Origin: a virus
Lineage: Duplodnaviria > Caudoviricetes
IMG/VR virus record: IMGVR_UViG_3300029288_000120
Coordinates: 1-64,000 of that record
Length of the DNA stretch: 64,000 nt
Strand: one strand, 5' to 3'
Below, in pieces: positions 16,886 through 26,559 of the stretch; the first letter of the stretch is position 1; every line of letters begins with the position of its first letter. A program made the position numbers and the translations under genes. The notes beneath the pieces were generated by a model, which was not told the origin of the DNA, searched no databases, and saw nothing but the letters and a program-made list of their open reading frames with translations.

Positions 16886-18499
16886 ATGGATATTACCAAA
16901 AAGTTGAAGAAGTGGGCACAAGCGAACCTCGATGTCAAGGAAACTGCTGATGACAACGAGTACAAAGAAGCCGTCAGCAAAGCCTTGGTGTCAGGCGAAT
17001 TGACAACCAACAAGTACATCGAACTCACCAAAAGTGATGAAGATGAAGAGTCGGAATCATTCGCCAAGCAGTTTGGTCGTCTGGCTGACAACCTTGAGAA
17101 GGCTATTGAAAGTCTTTCCAAGGAAGACGAAGTTCCCGAAACCAAGACTGAGGAAACCCAAACCAAGGAAACCGAAGTTAAGACAAAGGAAACCAAGCCC
17201 CAGACGAAAGATACCAAGACGGTATCTAAAATGGCCAAAATGATGGTTGAGTTGGGTGGAGTTGCCGAGACAGAAGACAGCCCGGTTGACATTCGTGTCA
17301 AAGAGGCTGTTGAGTCCTATGACAATACCCATACAGCTATGATGTTCCCCAAGTATACGAAGGGATACAAACCACATCCCTTGGCTGGTCAGCCTGTCAC
17401 AAACTTGGGTATGGCTGTCAATACTCCCAGTGCTTGTGATAAGGCGTTGGCAGGAGTTTGGGCCAAGTTCCAGATCTTGTCTGTAACGCCTCGATTGGCA
17501 GGCAGTCCCCAACGTGCTTGGGAAACTTTGACCGAGCATGAGAAGTCGCTCTTGGCCCACTTGGCCGAGAAGGGAATGTGGGATGATTCCATGCAAGGGA
17601 AGACCAGAACTTGTACTGGCTACCCTGGAGGCATCAAGGCTTTGATCGACGATGCAACAAGTGGTGGCACAGAAGCCGCTCCTATTGTATTCGACGATCA
17701 GGTCATCACCACACCTTTGCTAAATGGTGAGTTGTATCCCTTGGTGAATGTCAAGCCTTTGGATCGTGGTCGACGAGTCGAAGGTGTTGCCACTGGAACT
17801 GTTACGAGCAGTTGGGGAGGTGTTGACGATACTTCGATAGCATTGTTTGACACCACTTCCTACATCTCGGCATTCGATACAACCATTTTCCGTTGGGAAG
17901 GTTCGGTTCGTATCGGTCTCGATTTCCTCAGTGACACACCGATTGACTTCGGTGCTCATATCACTGCCCAGTATGGTCAACGATTGCTGGAAGATTTGGA
18001 TGACGTCATTGCCACAGGCAATGGTACTACCCAACCGGAAGGCATTGTCAACAAGACTGGCACCACTGCTGTTGCATGGGGAGGTACCACAAGCATTGGT
18101 AATTACGAGTCCTTGCGATTCGGTGTTGCCAAAGCAGAGCATTCTGCTGCTGTAAAATCCTCCGCCGTCTTTGTTGGTACTGAAACCAGCTATGCACGAG
18201 CACGAGCACTCAATGTTGGAACAACTGATGCACGTCGATTGTTTGGCATGGATTATGATTCGTATTCGATTATGGAGCGTCCTTACAAGATCAACGAAAG
18301 TATGGACAACACCGACATCTTTTACGCAATCATGGCCCGCTATCGCATGTATCGCAGAAAGGGACTAACCGTTCGTACCTCTACGGAAGGTGACACCCTT
18401 ATGCGACGCAACGAGATGTTGATTGTCTGCATGGCCCGTTATGGTGGGCAGTTGGAGCGTGGTGGAGCAGCGGCTCTTACTACTTCAGCTCCCGCGTAG
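16886..18499 (+). CDS. Major capsid protein (HK97 fold) with N-terminal scaffold region
   Basis: DFLSDTPIDF, LDDVIATGNGTTQPEGI, RYGG; charged N-terminal region; GAGGAGG RBS. Confidence 0.92.
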   Translation: MDITKKLKKWAQANLDVKETADDNEYKEAVSKALVSGELTTNKYIELTKSDEDEESESFAKQFGRLADNLEKAIESLSKEDEVPETKTEETQTKETEVKTKETKPQTKDTKTVSKMAKMMVELGGVAETEDSPVDIRVKEAVESYDNTHTAMMFPKYTKGYKPHPLAGQPVTNLGMAVNTPSACDKALAGVWAKFQILSVTPRLAGSPQRAWETLTEHEKSLLAHLAEKGMWDDSMQGKTRTCTGYPGGIKALIDDATSGGTEAAPIVFDDQVITTPLLNGELYPLVNVKPLDRGRRVEGVATGTVTSSWGGVDDTSIALFDTTSYISAFDTTIFRWEGSVRIGLDFLSDTPIDFGAHITAQYGQRLLEDLDDVIATGNGTTQPEGIVNKTGTTAVAWGGTTSIGNYESLRFGVAKAEHSAAVKSSAVFVGTETSYARARALNVGTTDARRLFGMDYDSYSIMERPYKINESMDNTDIFYAIMARYRMYRRKGLTVRTSTEGDTLMRRNEMLIVCMARYGGQLERGGAAALTTSAPA

Positions 18500-18542
18500 T
18501 TTCGTAGCCCCGGTAGAAGCAATGTAATTCTACCACTGCAAA

Positions 18543-18581
18543 CCATACTTGGTAGGTTTGTTCTTCGCCTACCAAGTATGG
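18543..18581 (+). terminator. Hairpin after the capsid gene (terminator or mRNA stabiliser)
   Basis: Perfect 14-bp inverted repeat CCATACTTGGTAGG/CCTACCAAGTATGG; weak U-tract. Confidence 0.6.
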
Positions 18582-18624
18582 ATATTAAATTGAAGAACAC
18601 AAACAAAAGGAGAACGAAAGAATT

Positions 18625-19230
18625 ATGTCAACACAAGTAAAAGAAGAAATCATCATTTCCCCCTTCACAATAGAAGCCGATCATCCCCGTTCATCGGATT
18701 TGCTGTTGCAAGCTATACCTAATTGTAGACTTCGATCTGCAATCAAGGCCAGCAGAACCACAATACGCAATCCCCAAAGTCCAACTAATGAGCCTGTTAT
18801 ACCAAAAGATCAAGCTCGGCATTTAGGTTCATTACCTGTAATACCAGGGATGAAGTTGTCAGTTGATCCAGCAAATCTCACTTATGAGATAACGGACCCA
18901 TTATGTGACAACCCGGAATTGTGTGACAGGATTGAGAGTGCCTTGAATTCAGATGATAGGCCCCTCAGTATTGACAAGATCAAGGGGGTGCCAGCACAGA
19001 AGGGAGAACTCGACGTACACAGAATGAAAACCTTGTGTCGAGAAATCGTATGGCTCCTGAAAGACAAACACGTTAAGATGTCAAAAGGACCACAACCTGA
19101 TATGGATGATGTTGATGAACTGCCTGGTAAGTACCTTTTGAATCCCGGTAGTAGGGTTCCCAACAACCAGCCTGTATTCGAAGATGATATGCCTGAGTAT
19201 GTTGATAACTTGAAAAAGTCAGGTGGTTAA
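18625..19230 (+). CDS. Hypothetical protein (head/neck region)
   Basis: AAGGAG RBS; position after the capsid gene. Confidence 0.65.
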   Translation: MSTQVKEEIIISPFTIEADHPRSSDLLLQAIPNCRLRSAIKASRTTIRNPQSPTNEPVIPKDQARHLGSLPVIPGMKLSVDPANLTYEITDPLCDNPELCDRIESALNSDDRPLSIDKIKGVPAQKGELDVHRMKTLCREIVWLLKDKHVKMSKGPQPDMDDVDELPGKYLLNPGSRVPNNQPVFEDDMPEYVDNLKKSGG

Positions 19231-19742
19231 TGGCGATGTTTTCTCCGGCTGTACTAGCTGCACAAGAACGTAGGTGGCGAGATCAAGCAGCTAGTACAGC
19301 ACGTTTTGAATGGTTTATTGACAAGGTAATGTCAAAAACCAGAATGACGTTGAAGAAGCGAGTAACAGTAGCAACACAGTATTTAAGAGACAAAATTGTT
19401 CAAAATATCAGTGTTCCCGTTACCAAGGAAGAACGTACTAGGTATTTTTTGGTCGAGGGGAAGGATGGAAAGAAAGTACAAAAGAAATCAACTAGGATAG
19501 TTGTAACAGAGAGATCGAAACCAGGAGAATTTCCCAGGGCTGACACAACACTATTGATGAAGACAATTTTTTCAGAAGTGAAAAGTCAAGGGACAGACAT
19601 AGTAGATGGATACATTGGTACACCTTTGAAGTATGGTCTGATTTTGGAAACAAGTTTGAGATTGAAAAGATCGTTTTTGCGAAGAACCCTTAATGAAGAG
19701 ATTCGTAACATCGAACGAATCATAGATGGACCTATTGAGTAA
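19230..19742 (+). CDS. HK97 gp10-like neck/tail completion protein
   Basis: RSKPGEFPRADT..L, IGTPLKYG..LE, RSFLR. Confidence 0.7.
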   Translation: MAMFSPAVLAAQERRWRDQAASTARFEWFIDKVMSKTRMTLKKRVTVATQYLRDKIVQNISVPVTKEERTRYFLVEGKDGKKVQKKSTRIVVTERSKPGEFPRADTTLLMKTIFSEVKSQGTDIVDGYIGTPLKYGLILETSLRLKRSFLRRTLNEEIRNIERIIDGPIE

Positions 19743-20225
19743 ATGGTAGTAGCAACAGCAGATTTAGATACAGCAATAGTAGCAGCATGGAATGCAAGTT
19801 CCCTGGATACTATATTTGCAGCTCTTGGAGGAACAAGTCCCCTTTTATGGGATGAAGAAGCACCAGCAGGGCAAGCTTTTCCTTACTGTGTCATGGAGAC
19901 AGTAGATGTTAGTAGGGAAGCCAGAATGTCGTCGTTGGTTGGTACTAGGGAAGTAAGACGTGTCAACAAAAAGTTTAGTGTGGTAGCCAAGGAAGTTTCA
20001 GGGGATAGCAGAACAGCAAAAGAGATAGCAGCTTACCTAGTAGAAGAGGTAATGAAAGTTTATGGAGGACACCCTACACAAGCCCCAACTGGTGTGGTTA
20101 CACTAAGCAATGGCAATCACATTACAACTTTCTACGACACGGATATGGGAATCAGGATTGACGATGCTATTTATCAATGGGACATTAGCTATTTATTCGT
20201 AGTAGATGTACCAGTAGCAGGATAA
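19743..20225 (+). CDS. Tail terminator-like protein
   Basis: DEEAP....FPY pattern; size and position. Confidence 0.6.
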   Translation: MVVATADLDTAIVAAWNASSLDTIFAALGGTSPLLWDEEAPAGQAFPYCVMETVDVSREARMSSLVGTREVRRVNKKFSVVAKEVSGDSRTAKEIAAYLVEEVMKVYGGHPTQAPTGVVTLSNGNHITTFYDTDMGIRIDDAIYQWDISYLFVVDVPVAG

Positions 20226-20238
20226 AAGGAAAACATAG

Positions 20239-21141
20239 ATGACAAGAACTTTATCAGGACCAAAACTCAACGTCAAGTTGTCGGGAACTTATCAAAATAC
20301 CCTGACGGACTTGGCTGTTGTATCTATTACACAACCCACACTCAACTACAGCAAGACTCTTACAGGTGGAGTTAGTGTCAATCAAGCAAACCGTGTATGG
20401 GAAAGCAAAAATCGTACACTTGCAGATACCTATCAAGAGATTATTGATATTTATGACTTTACTGGTGTTGACATAGGAGCAGGAGTAGGGAAAGATGCCC
20501 TTGGCTTAGATATTATTATGGAAGAAGTAATAGCTATTGCCATTGTCAACGAGAATCTTGTTACCGATGATGGCCAGTTGGAAGTCTTCCCATCTTCTTC
20601 TAATGGATGGCAGGCTATAGGAGCTCACACTGTAGCTAATGGGGGAGCTCTGTTGGGACAAGGTTGTTTGTTTAAGTCTAATGTAGCAGAGAATGGTTTT
20701 AATGTAGAGAAAGATGAAGGAAGCAGAATTACGTTAAGGGCAAGTGGAGGAGCAGTTACCTATTCGATTTACATACTGGGACGAAGTGACGATGAGGAAT
20801 CTTCTTCATCGAGTAGCTCTACTTCTTCGATGAGTACATCGTCAACAAGTGGAAGCAGTAGTTCCTCAAGTAGCAGATCCAGTATTTCCACAAGTTCTAC
20901 AAGCTCTTCAAGCACCAGTGTATCTACCAGTAGCATATCTACCAGTAGCATTTCTACAAGCAGCTCTTCAACCAGCAGTGTATCTTCGAAGAGTTCTTCA
21001 AGTAGTTGTGTTTCGGTTAGTAGTTTGTCGAGTAGCAGTACAAGCAGTGTATCTTCCATGAGTCAATCTTCAGTAAGTTCCAATAGTAGTTCTTCACAAA
21101 GTGAGTCGTCGAGTAGTATTTCTGTAAGCAGTATTTCCTAA
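20239..21141 (+). CDS. Putative tail-associated protein with ~110-aa poly-Ser tail
   Basis: Beta-rich ~185-aa domain followed by a Ser/Thr tract; lies between the terminator and tube genes. Confidence 0.7.
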   Translation: MTRTLSGPKLNVKLSGTYQNTLTDLAVVSITQPTLNYSKTLTGGVSVNQANRVWESKNRTLADTYQEIIDIYDFTGVDIGAGVGKDALGLDIIMEEVIAIAIVNENLVTDDGQLEVFPSSSNGWQAIGAHTVANGGALLGQGCLFKSNVAENGFNVEKDEGSRITLRASGGAVTYSIYILGRSDDEESSSSSSSTSSMSTSSTSGSSSSSSSRSSISTSSTSSSSTSVSTSSISTSSISTSSSSTSSVSSKSSSSSCVSVSSLSSSSTSSVSSMSQSSVSSNSSSSQSESSSSISVSSIS

Positions 21142-21158
21142 CCATAGGGAGGATATAA

Positions 21159-21590
21159 ATGTCCAGTGAAAATACATTATCAGGAAAGAATGGAAAGTTT
21201 GTTGTTGGCACTTCTCAATGTGCTAGAACAACACAGTGGGCTGTAAACCCCAAGATCACTACGGTTAGTGAATGGGGAGACAGTGATTCCGAAGGCTATA
21301 CAAACCGTCTAGCTGGTCGCAAGGATGCTACCTTTACAGCGGAAGGCAAGTTCGATACAGCAGATGAGGTTTATGACCTCTTTGATATTGGGGACATTGC
21401 CATAGCTGTATTGTGGCTAGATGCTTCGGCATTGTATTGGGATTTCCCGAGGGCTTTGTGTTCTGACTTCAATCTCACAGTCAACGTTGATTCTGGTGAG
21501 GTTATAGGATGGACATCGAGTTGGGGAGCCGATGGTAAGTTCTACTTCCCAGGCCAATCTGGAGCAACCAGCAGAACATTGCCCACGTAA
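21159..21590 (+). CDS. Major tail tube protein
   Basis: SGKNGKF start, DSDSEGY...LAGRKDA, W..DG; upstream of the chaperones and tape measure. Confidence 0.8.
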   Translation: MSSENTLSGKNGKFVVGTSQCARTTQWAVNPKITTVSEWGDSDSEGYTNRLAGRKDATFTAEGKFDTADEVYDLFDIGDIAIAVLWLDASALYWDFPRALCSDFNLTVNVDSGEVIGWTSSWGADGKFYFPGQSGATSRTLPT

Positions 21591-21626
21591 CCAACAACAA
21601 TTTACCTGACTAAAGGAGAAGAACTA

Positions 21627-22250
21627 ATGTCAGAAGATATGGCTAGGGCGTTGAAAGCAGATCGCCCTCTTACAGTAACTTTTGGAGACAAAGAATGCAC
21701 TGTTCGCCCATTGTCGATAAAGGAATTGACAGAAGCCGAGCAGCTTTGTCTTGAGCAGTACAGAGAAAAGTATCTAAAGGTCTGGAAAGAAAATTCACCC
21801 TCGAATGAGATACTGTTAGAGAAGATTGAAGCGGCAGCAAGATGGGATGTCAGTGATTTACCACCAAAGCAAGCATTTGATCCAGGTGCTATAAAAGTTA
21901 CAGAGGAGCTGAAAAAGTTTGTAGCAGAAGAGTTGTCATTGGATGCTACAAAACTTATGGAAGGTCGTACCAAACAACTTGCAGCAGCCTTGTTGGATCA
22001 GGGTATACTCAAGCCTGAGACTTATAAGAGCCTGGCAGGTAGATCAATTTACCCTGTAAAGATCCCCTATGTGAGCTGGTGGGTTACGGGGTGTTTTGAT
22101 GGTATGATTACAGTGGTGTGGTTGTGCTTCAAAAAGTATGGGGTCACAAAAGAACAAGTCATTGAGAAGATGGCTGAAGATCAAGCGTTGTTGATTGATG
22201 TAAGTAGAGAAGTAGAAAGAGCCAGTACGCCTGACTTGGGAAATGGATGA
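21627..22250 (+). CDS. Tail assembly chaperone (gpG-like)
   Basis: Between tube and tape measure; VRPLSIKEL; ends at a slippery site. Confidence 0.75.
   Translation: MSEDMARALKADRPLTVTFGDKECTVRPLSIKELTEAEQLCLEQYREKYLKVWKENSPSNEILLEKIEAAARWDVSDLPPKQAFDPGAIKVTEELKKFVAEELSLDATKLMEGRTKQLAAALLDQGILKPETYKSLAGRSIYPVKIPYVSWWVTGCFDGMITVVWLCFKKYGVTKEQVIEKMAEDQALLIDVSREVERASTPDLGNG
22238..22244 (+). other. -1 programmed frameshift slippery heptamer G GGA AAT
   Basis: X XXY YYZ in the correct frame at the end of the chaperone gene; the -1 frame reads into 22247..22666. Confidence 0.8.
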
Positions 22251-22666
22251 GGCTCGCTGTTGAAGAAGAGACCAAAGACAGTGAGCCGCGAGAATTACCT
22301 GTTGGTTTGCTTTACGGCATAGGTCCACGAGAAATACGGTTACTTTGCGACGATCCTTGGGAGGGTGGTAGAGGCAAAAGTTTAGCAGAAGTAGCGGATA
22401 TGTCATTGGACCAGATCTATATGCTGTTGACCGACAAGAAAAATCTTAGAAGCATTAAAGGTAGAGTGGAAAAAAGCTCTACTATGTCTGTTGCTTCAAA
22501 AGCTGATAAGGATGGACTGATTCCGGGTAGAGCTTCTGATGGTACAGCAATCAAAGCCAGGATAACTGGTAAGTCGTTGGCTAGTAGATTGATGGAGCAA
22601 GAGAAAGCCAAGGAAGTAAAGAGTACTTGTAGGCAGAGAAAAAAGAGGCGTCGTCATGGGAATTGA
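22247..22666 (+). CDS. Tail assembly chaperone extension (gpT-like)
   Basis: In the -1 frame of the upstream ORF; abuts the tape measure gene. Confidence 0.7.
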   Translation: MRLAVEEETKDSEPRELPVGLLYGIGPREIRLLCDDPWEGGRGKSLAEVADMSLDQIYMLLTDKKNLRSIKGRVEKSSTMSVASKADKDGLIPGRASDGTAIKARITGKSLASRLMEQEKAKEVKSTCRQRKKRRRHGN

Positions 22667-24914
22667 ACTAGGCAAAGCTTGGATACGTGTGCGGGGCGAT
22701 TCTTCCGGATTGAAGAATGATCTAACCAATGCCAAGGGAGAGACGGAAAAAGCTGTTGGTCAGATGAGTGCTACAGTGGGATCCCTTGTTGCTCCCTTCC
22801 TGGCTGCTGCTGCCTCTCTCACAACATTAAGAAGGGCATTGATGGCATCGGGGCAATTCGAGCAGACTACCATAGCCTTCGACACAATGCTCGGTAGTGC
22901 AGAAGAGACGAGAAAGACGTTGGCTTCTCTAACAGAATTCGCTGCCAAGACACCTTTCGAGATGCCTGAGATATTACAAGCTGCTCGTGGATTGATTCAA
23001 TTCGGGGAACGTGGTGATGACTTGATGCGTACCTTGAATATGTTGGGTAATGCAGCATCAGGTACCAGTACACCATTTGGGTTCCTGGCATTAGTGTTCA
23101 ACCAAGTGCGGGGTGTTGGCAAGCTACTCACACAAGACTTCCGTCAGTTAAGTACTCGTGGTATTTTGTCGTTACAAGACATTGCAAAGTATTACAAAGT
23201 AACCACCCAAGAAGCCCAGAAGATGCTTTCTGCTGGAAAGATTTCTTTTGAGGATTTGAAGAAAATAATCGAATCATTAAGTATGGCAGGTGGTAGGTTT
23301 GCAAACTTGATGGAGAAGCAATCTAAGTCCCTGTTGGGTTTATGGAGTACATGGAAGGATGCTCTAGGCATTATGACTCGGTATTTGGGTGATACAGTTG
23401 CTCCTGCTGCCAAGCATGTTCTTACTATAATGATAAGATGGGGTGAAGTTATAAGAGCATTCATAGGGGATCATGCTGAGTTGGTCAAGAATTTGTTTAT
23501 TGCCATTACTGTTGTAACTACGTTGGGTATTGCTTTCAAGGGCTTGTCTATAGCTGCTGCCATGGCTGGAACTACTATTAAGGGATTGATTGCAGCAGCT
23601 ACGATAGGAACTGGAAGTTGGTTGGCTATAGTAGGTTTGGTGGCCCTTGCCGTAGCAGGTTTAAGTTGGTGGTGGGGGGAGGTGAGTAAGGGAACAAGTG
23701 ATGCTAGTAAGGAATTGGATGATTATAATACAAAGATGGATGAGGCTATAGAAAGAAGAAAGAAACTGGAAGAAGAAGGCAGGAAGAAACCAGAAGTGAA
23801 GGAGCAGGAAATAGCAATAAAAACTACTTTGGATGACTACAATGCTGCTTTGGATCGTAGAAATAAAGCCACTGAAGAATCAATCAAGTTGGACCAGAAA
23901 GCAAGGTCAATGAGAGCTGGTCCTGGAGTTGCTTATGCTGAAGCTTCTCCTGTTGTTAGGGAAGAGATACAGAAAAAACGGATAGAAATGGAAAAGCTGA
24001 AAAATGAGATAGTGGGGATAGAAAAAGAACTTTCTCAAGCACAGGATAGATTTGGAAATGCTCCTGAAGTTTCTGCTGCTGGTAATGTGATTAGTAATCT
24101 GAAGTCTGATATAAATGTACGTAAGGAAAGAATAAATGTGTTGATGAAAGAATTGCCAATCACGAGCCAAGTAATAGATGCCATCAATGCTGAAGCAGTT
24201 GCTATAGAGAGACGCAACAAAGCTCGTGCAGAAGCACCAGAAAAAGAAGCAACAAAACAACAGCAGTTGATCTTGGAGTATCAAAAGAAGTATCAAAGAG
24301 AATTAGAATGGATGCGACAACGACAATGGGAGGGGAGCGATCAGTACAGAAGGTTGAACATACTCTCCCCGATATTTGGTCAAGAAGATCCGCTGGGAGG
24401 AGCACAAAAATGGATATACGAAATCACTGAGACACCAGCAAGACAATTTCAAGAGCTGGTAATGAAGATAAATGCTTGTACTAAGGCTGGATTAGGATTT
24501 GCAGATGCTGGTAGGATTATTAAGGAAGCATGGCAAAAGACACCTATGTATGAGCCTACCAAGCAACTAGATGAGCTGAAGCAGAAGTTGTGGGACATAC
24601 AAAACAAAACAACAGAAGCACAGAAAGCCACAAGAGAGTTTGCAAAGAATCCATACGCTACAGAACAACAGATAGCCGAGTATGGCAGCATATCAGCACA
24701 GATTGAAAAGTTAGAGGCACTTAAAAAACAAAAACCTACATCATTGATGGAAGCAGGTAGGTTTGGATTTTCTGATTTCTTCAATCAGTTTCAGGATGCT
24801 TTGCTCAAGAAAGAAGATCCCCAGAAAAGGTTGGTGGAACAAGGAAAAGAATCTTTCAAAGTACTTTCTTCCATTGAACGAAATACCAGGATTTCTGTAG
24901 GAGCATTAAAATGA
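22656..24914 (+). CDS. Tape measure protein
   Basis: FEQTTIAFDTMLGS, FAAKTPFE tape-measure domain, hydrophobic middle, coiled coils. Confidence 0.92.
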   Translation: MGIELGKAWIRVRGDSSGLKNDLTNAKGETEKAVGQMSATVGSLVAPFLAAAASLTTLRRALMASGQFEQTTIAFDTMLGSAEETRKTLASLTEFAAKTPFEMPEILQAARGLIQFGERGDDLMRTLNMLGNAASGTSTPFGFLALVFNQVRGVGKLLTQDFRQLSTRGILSLQDIAKYYKVTTQEAQKMLSAGKISFEDLKKIIESLSMAGGRFANLMEKQSKSLLGLWSTWKDALGIMTRYLGDTVAPAAKHVLTIMIRWGEVIRAFIGDHAELVKNLFIAITVVTTLGIAFKGLSIAAAMAGTTIKGLIAAATIGTGSWLAIVGLVALAVAGLSWWWGEVSKGTSDASKELDDYNTKMDEAIERRKKLEEEGRKKPEVKEQEIAIKTTLDDYNAALDRRNKATEESIKLDQKARSMRAGPGVAYAEASPVVREEIQKKRIEMEKLKNEIVGIEKELSQAQDRFGNAPEVSAAGNVISNLKSDINVRKERINVLMKELPITSQVIDAINAEAVAIERRNKARAEAPEKEATKQQQLILEYQKKYQRELEWMRQRQWEGSDQYRRLNILSPIFGQEDPLGGAQKWIYEITETPARQFQELVMKINACTKAGLGFADAGRIIKEAWQKTPMYEPTKQLDELKQKLWDIQNKTTEAQKATREFAKNPYATEQQIAEYGSISAQIEKLEALKKQKPTSLMEAGRFGFSDFFNQFQDALLKKEDPQKRLVEQGKESFKVLSSIERNTRISVGALK

Positions 24915-25891
24915 TAGACAAGTCACAATGGCGATTGACCACTTCTGGGGGGGTAAAAGTAAGGCTTCTCAAACGCTCTGGGTCTGTTTCCAGAGAAGTA
25001 GCCAGTGCCATAGAGGAATACTTGTTGGCATCAGAGGATCTTGCTGACTTCATCAATGAGTTTCTTCCCAGGCCTGTAGCAGCCTTGGGAGGTATACAGT
25101 ATTTGGCTAGAGTCTATTTTACAGGTATTCCCTCTTTAATTGTTGACAGCATAAATTTTGAATCATTTACGGATTCAAAACCTATAGATCCATTTTCACA
25201 GGATTCTTCTGCTCCCGATGGTACTTATGAGGAGTATGTGAAAGCAGTAGTAAATTATAAACCTGCAAACAAGACAAAGAATTCACAGGACTCAGACCCT
25301 AACGATCCTAGAACATTCCTTGAGATATCGAGTGACATTAGTGGGGAGTATGTATGTGATAACCTTACTGGTAGGTACTGGTGGTATGACTTTGATGGGG
25401 GTTATGATGCAACGAGAGATAAGTGGATAACAACAAAGCCCGCTACGGAAATAGATTCCCCAGATACAATACAAACAATAGTATCTCCGATAAAGGAATG
25501 GTCGGTAACATGGCCTCAAATACCTTACGATTTCTTTTATGATACGTTAGCACCTAAGCTGGATGCTACTATAGGGTGTATAAACAGTAAGTCAGTGGAG
25601 ATTTTTCATGGTAAGAAGCTACCCAGGACACTTTTGTTGGAAGGGTATTCAACTAGGGAAGAGTTTACCTATGATGTTGAAGACGTTAGGTACCCATTAC
25701 TTTCCTTGACTATGAAGTTCAAAGAGAAAGGATTTTGGTCTACTAATACTGATGGGGTTGTATTTGTTACCTGGAACCATTCCTATGTCAAGGGAAAAGG
25801 TTGGAGAGCCATATGTACGGGGGATCCAATACAGTCTGAGGTAGGAAAGCTTCTGGTGCAGGAAGTAGATTTTAATGATATTTGGAGTTAA
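24911..25891 (+). CDS. Putative distal tail/baseplate protein
   Basis: First gene after the tape measure; beta-rich. Confidence 0.55.
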   Translation: MIDKSQWRLTTSGGVKVRLLKRSGSVSREVASAIEEYLLASEDLADFINEFLPRPVAALGGIQYLARVYFTGIPSLIVDSINFESFTDSKPIDPFSQDSSAPDGTYEEYVKAVVNYKPANKTKNSQDSDPNDPRTFLEISSDISGEYVCDNLTGRYWWYDFDGGYDATRDKWITTKPATEIDSPDTIQTIVSPIKEWSVTWPQIPYDFFYDTLAPKLDATIGCINSKSVEIFHGKKLPRTLLLEGYSTREEFTYDVEDVRYPLLSLTMKFKEKGFWSTNTDGVVFVTWNHSYVKGKGWRAICTGDPIQSEVGKLLVQEVDFNDIWS

Positions 25892-26559
25892 TGATGGAGC
25901 CTAGAGATTTACCAGAAAAGAAACCAGGTGATTTCTTAGAAGCTTCTCATGTTAATGTTCTATCTGAAGCTGCTAAGAGATCAGGTATAGTTTTACCTGG
26001 AGCTGGTCAAGCGGGAATGAAGATGGGGGGTTCCTATCACATTTCTAACATACCAGCGGTTCCAAATGAGACATTTCGAGTAACCCAGAGTCTTGGCAAC
26101 AGCCTCTACAAAGGGCACAGGCTATGGTATTCTCAGGAAGATGAGGAGTGGAAGCCTTCACTAAACGACTGGTTAGCAGGCAATATAAATGATACCACAA
26201 ACAAAGAATGGACTATTGACGCTACTGGTATTAACATATCTTTGGCAATAGGTTCCTATGTAAATGTATCCTACAACAAACAACGCAGTGCTTACGTTCC
26301 AGTTATGACCAACTTCCGGGAGTTTGTGTTGGGTAGTCTGTTGGAGAATTTGCAAGCAGGTGGATCGGCACTAGCAATTGCTCATACTGATTATGTGGAA
26401 GGATATGGGCCTGTTGCCGGTTCTTATGCTGACCAGTTTAGGGTCTATGATTACTTCCATCGAAATTCTAGGCTACATTTATCTATATACTCAGATATCT
26501 TGGCTATGTTCTACCTTCCATTCAATCGGTATGTATTGGTTAATGCAGGGAATTACTAA
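25891..26559 (+). CDS. Putative tail tip protein
   Basis: Position; KPGD.L.AS..N.L N-terminus. Confidence 0.5.
   Translation: MMEPRDLPEKKPGDFLEASHVNVLSEAAKRSGIVLPGAGQAGMKMGGSYHISNIPAVPNETFRVTQSLGNSLYKGHRLWYSQEDEEWKPSLNDWLAGNINDTTNKEWTIDATGINISLAIGSYVNVSYNKQRSAYVPVMTNFREFVLGSLLENLQAGGSALAIAHTDYVEGYGPVAGSYADQFRVYDYFHRNSRLHLSIYSDILAMFYLPFNRYVLVNAGNY

Noticed and set aside
20239-21141. Tail sheath protein
   Set aside because: The position fits, but the folded part is under 200 aa and has no sheath motifs.
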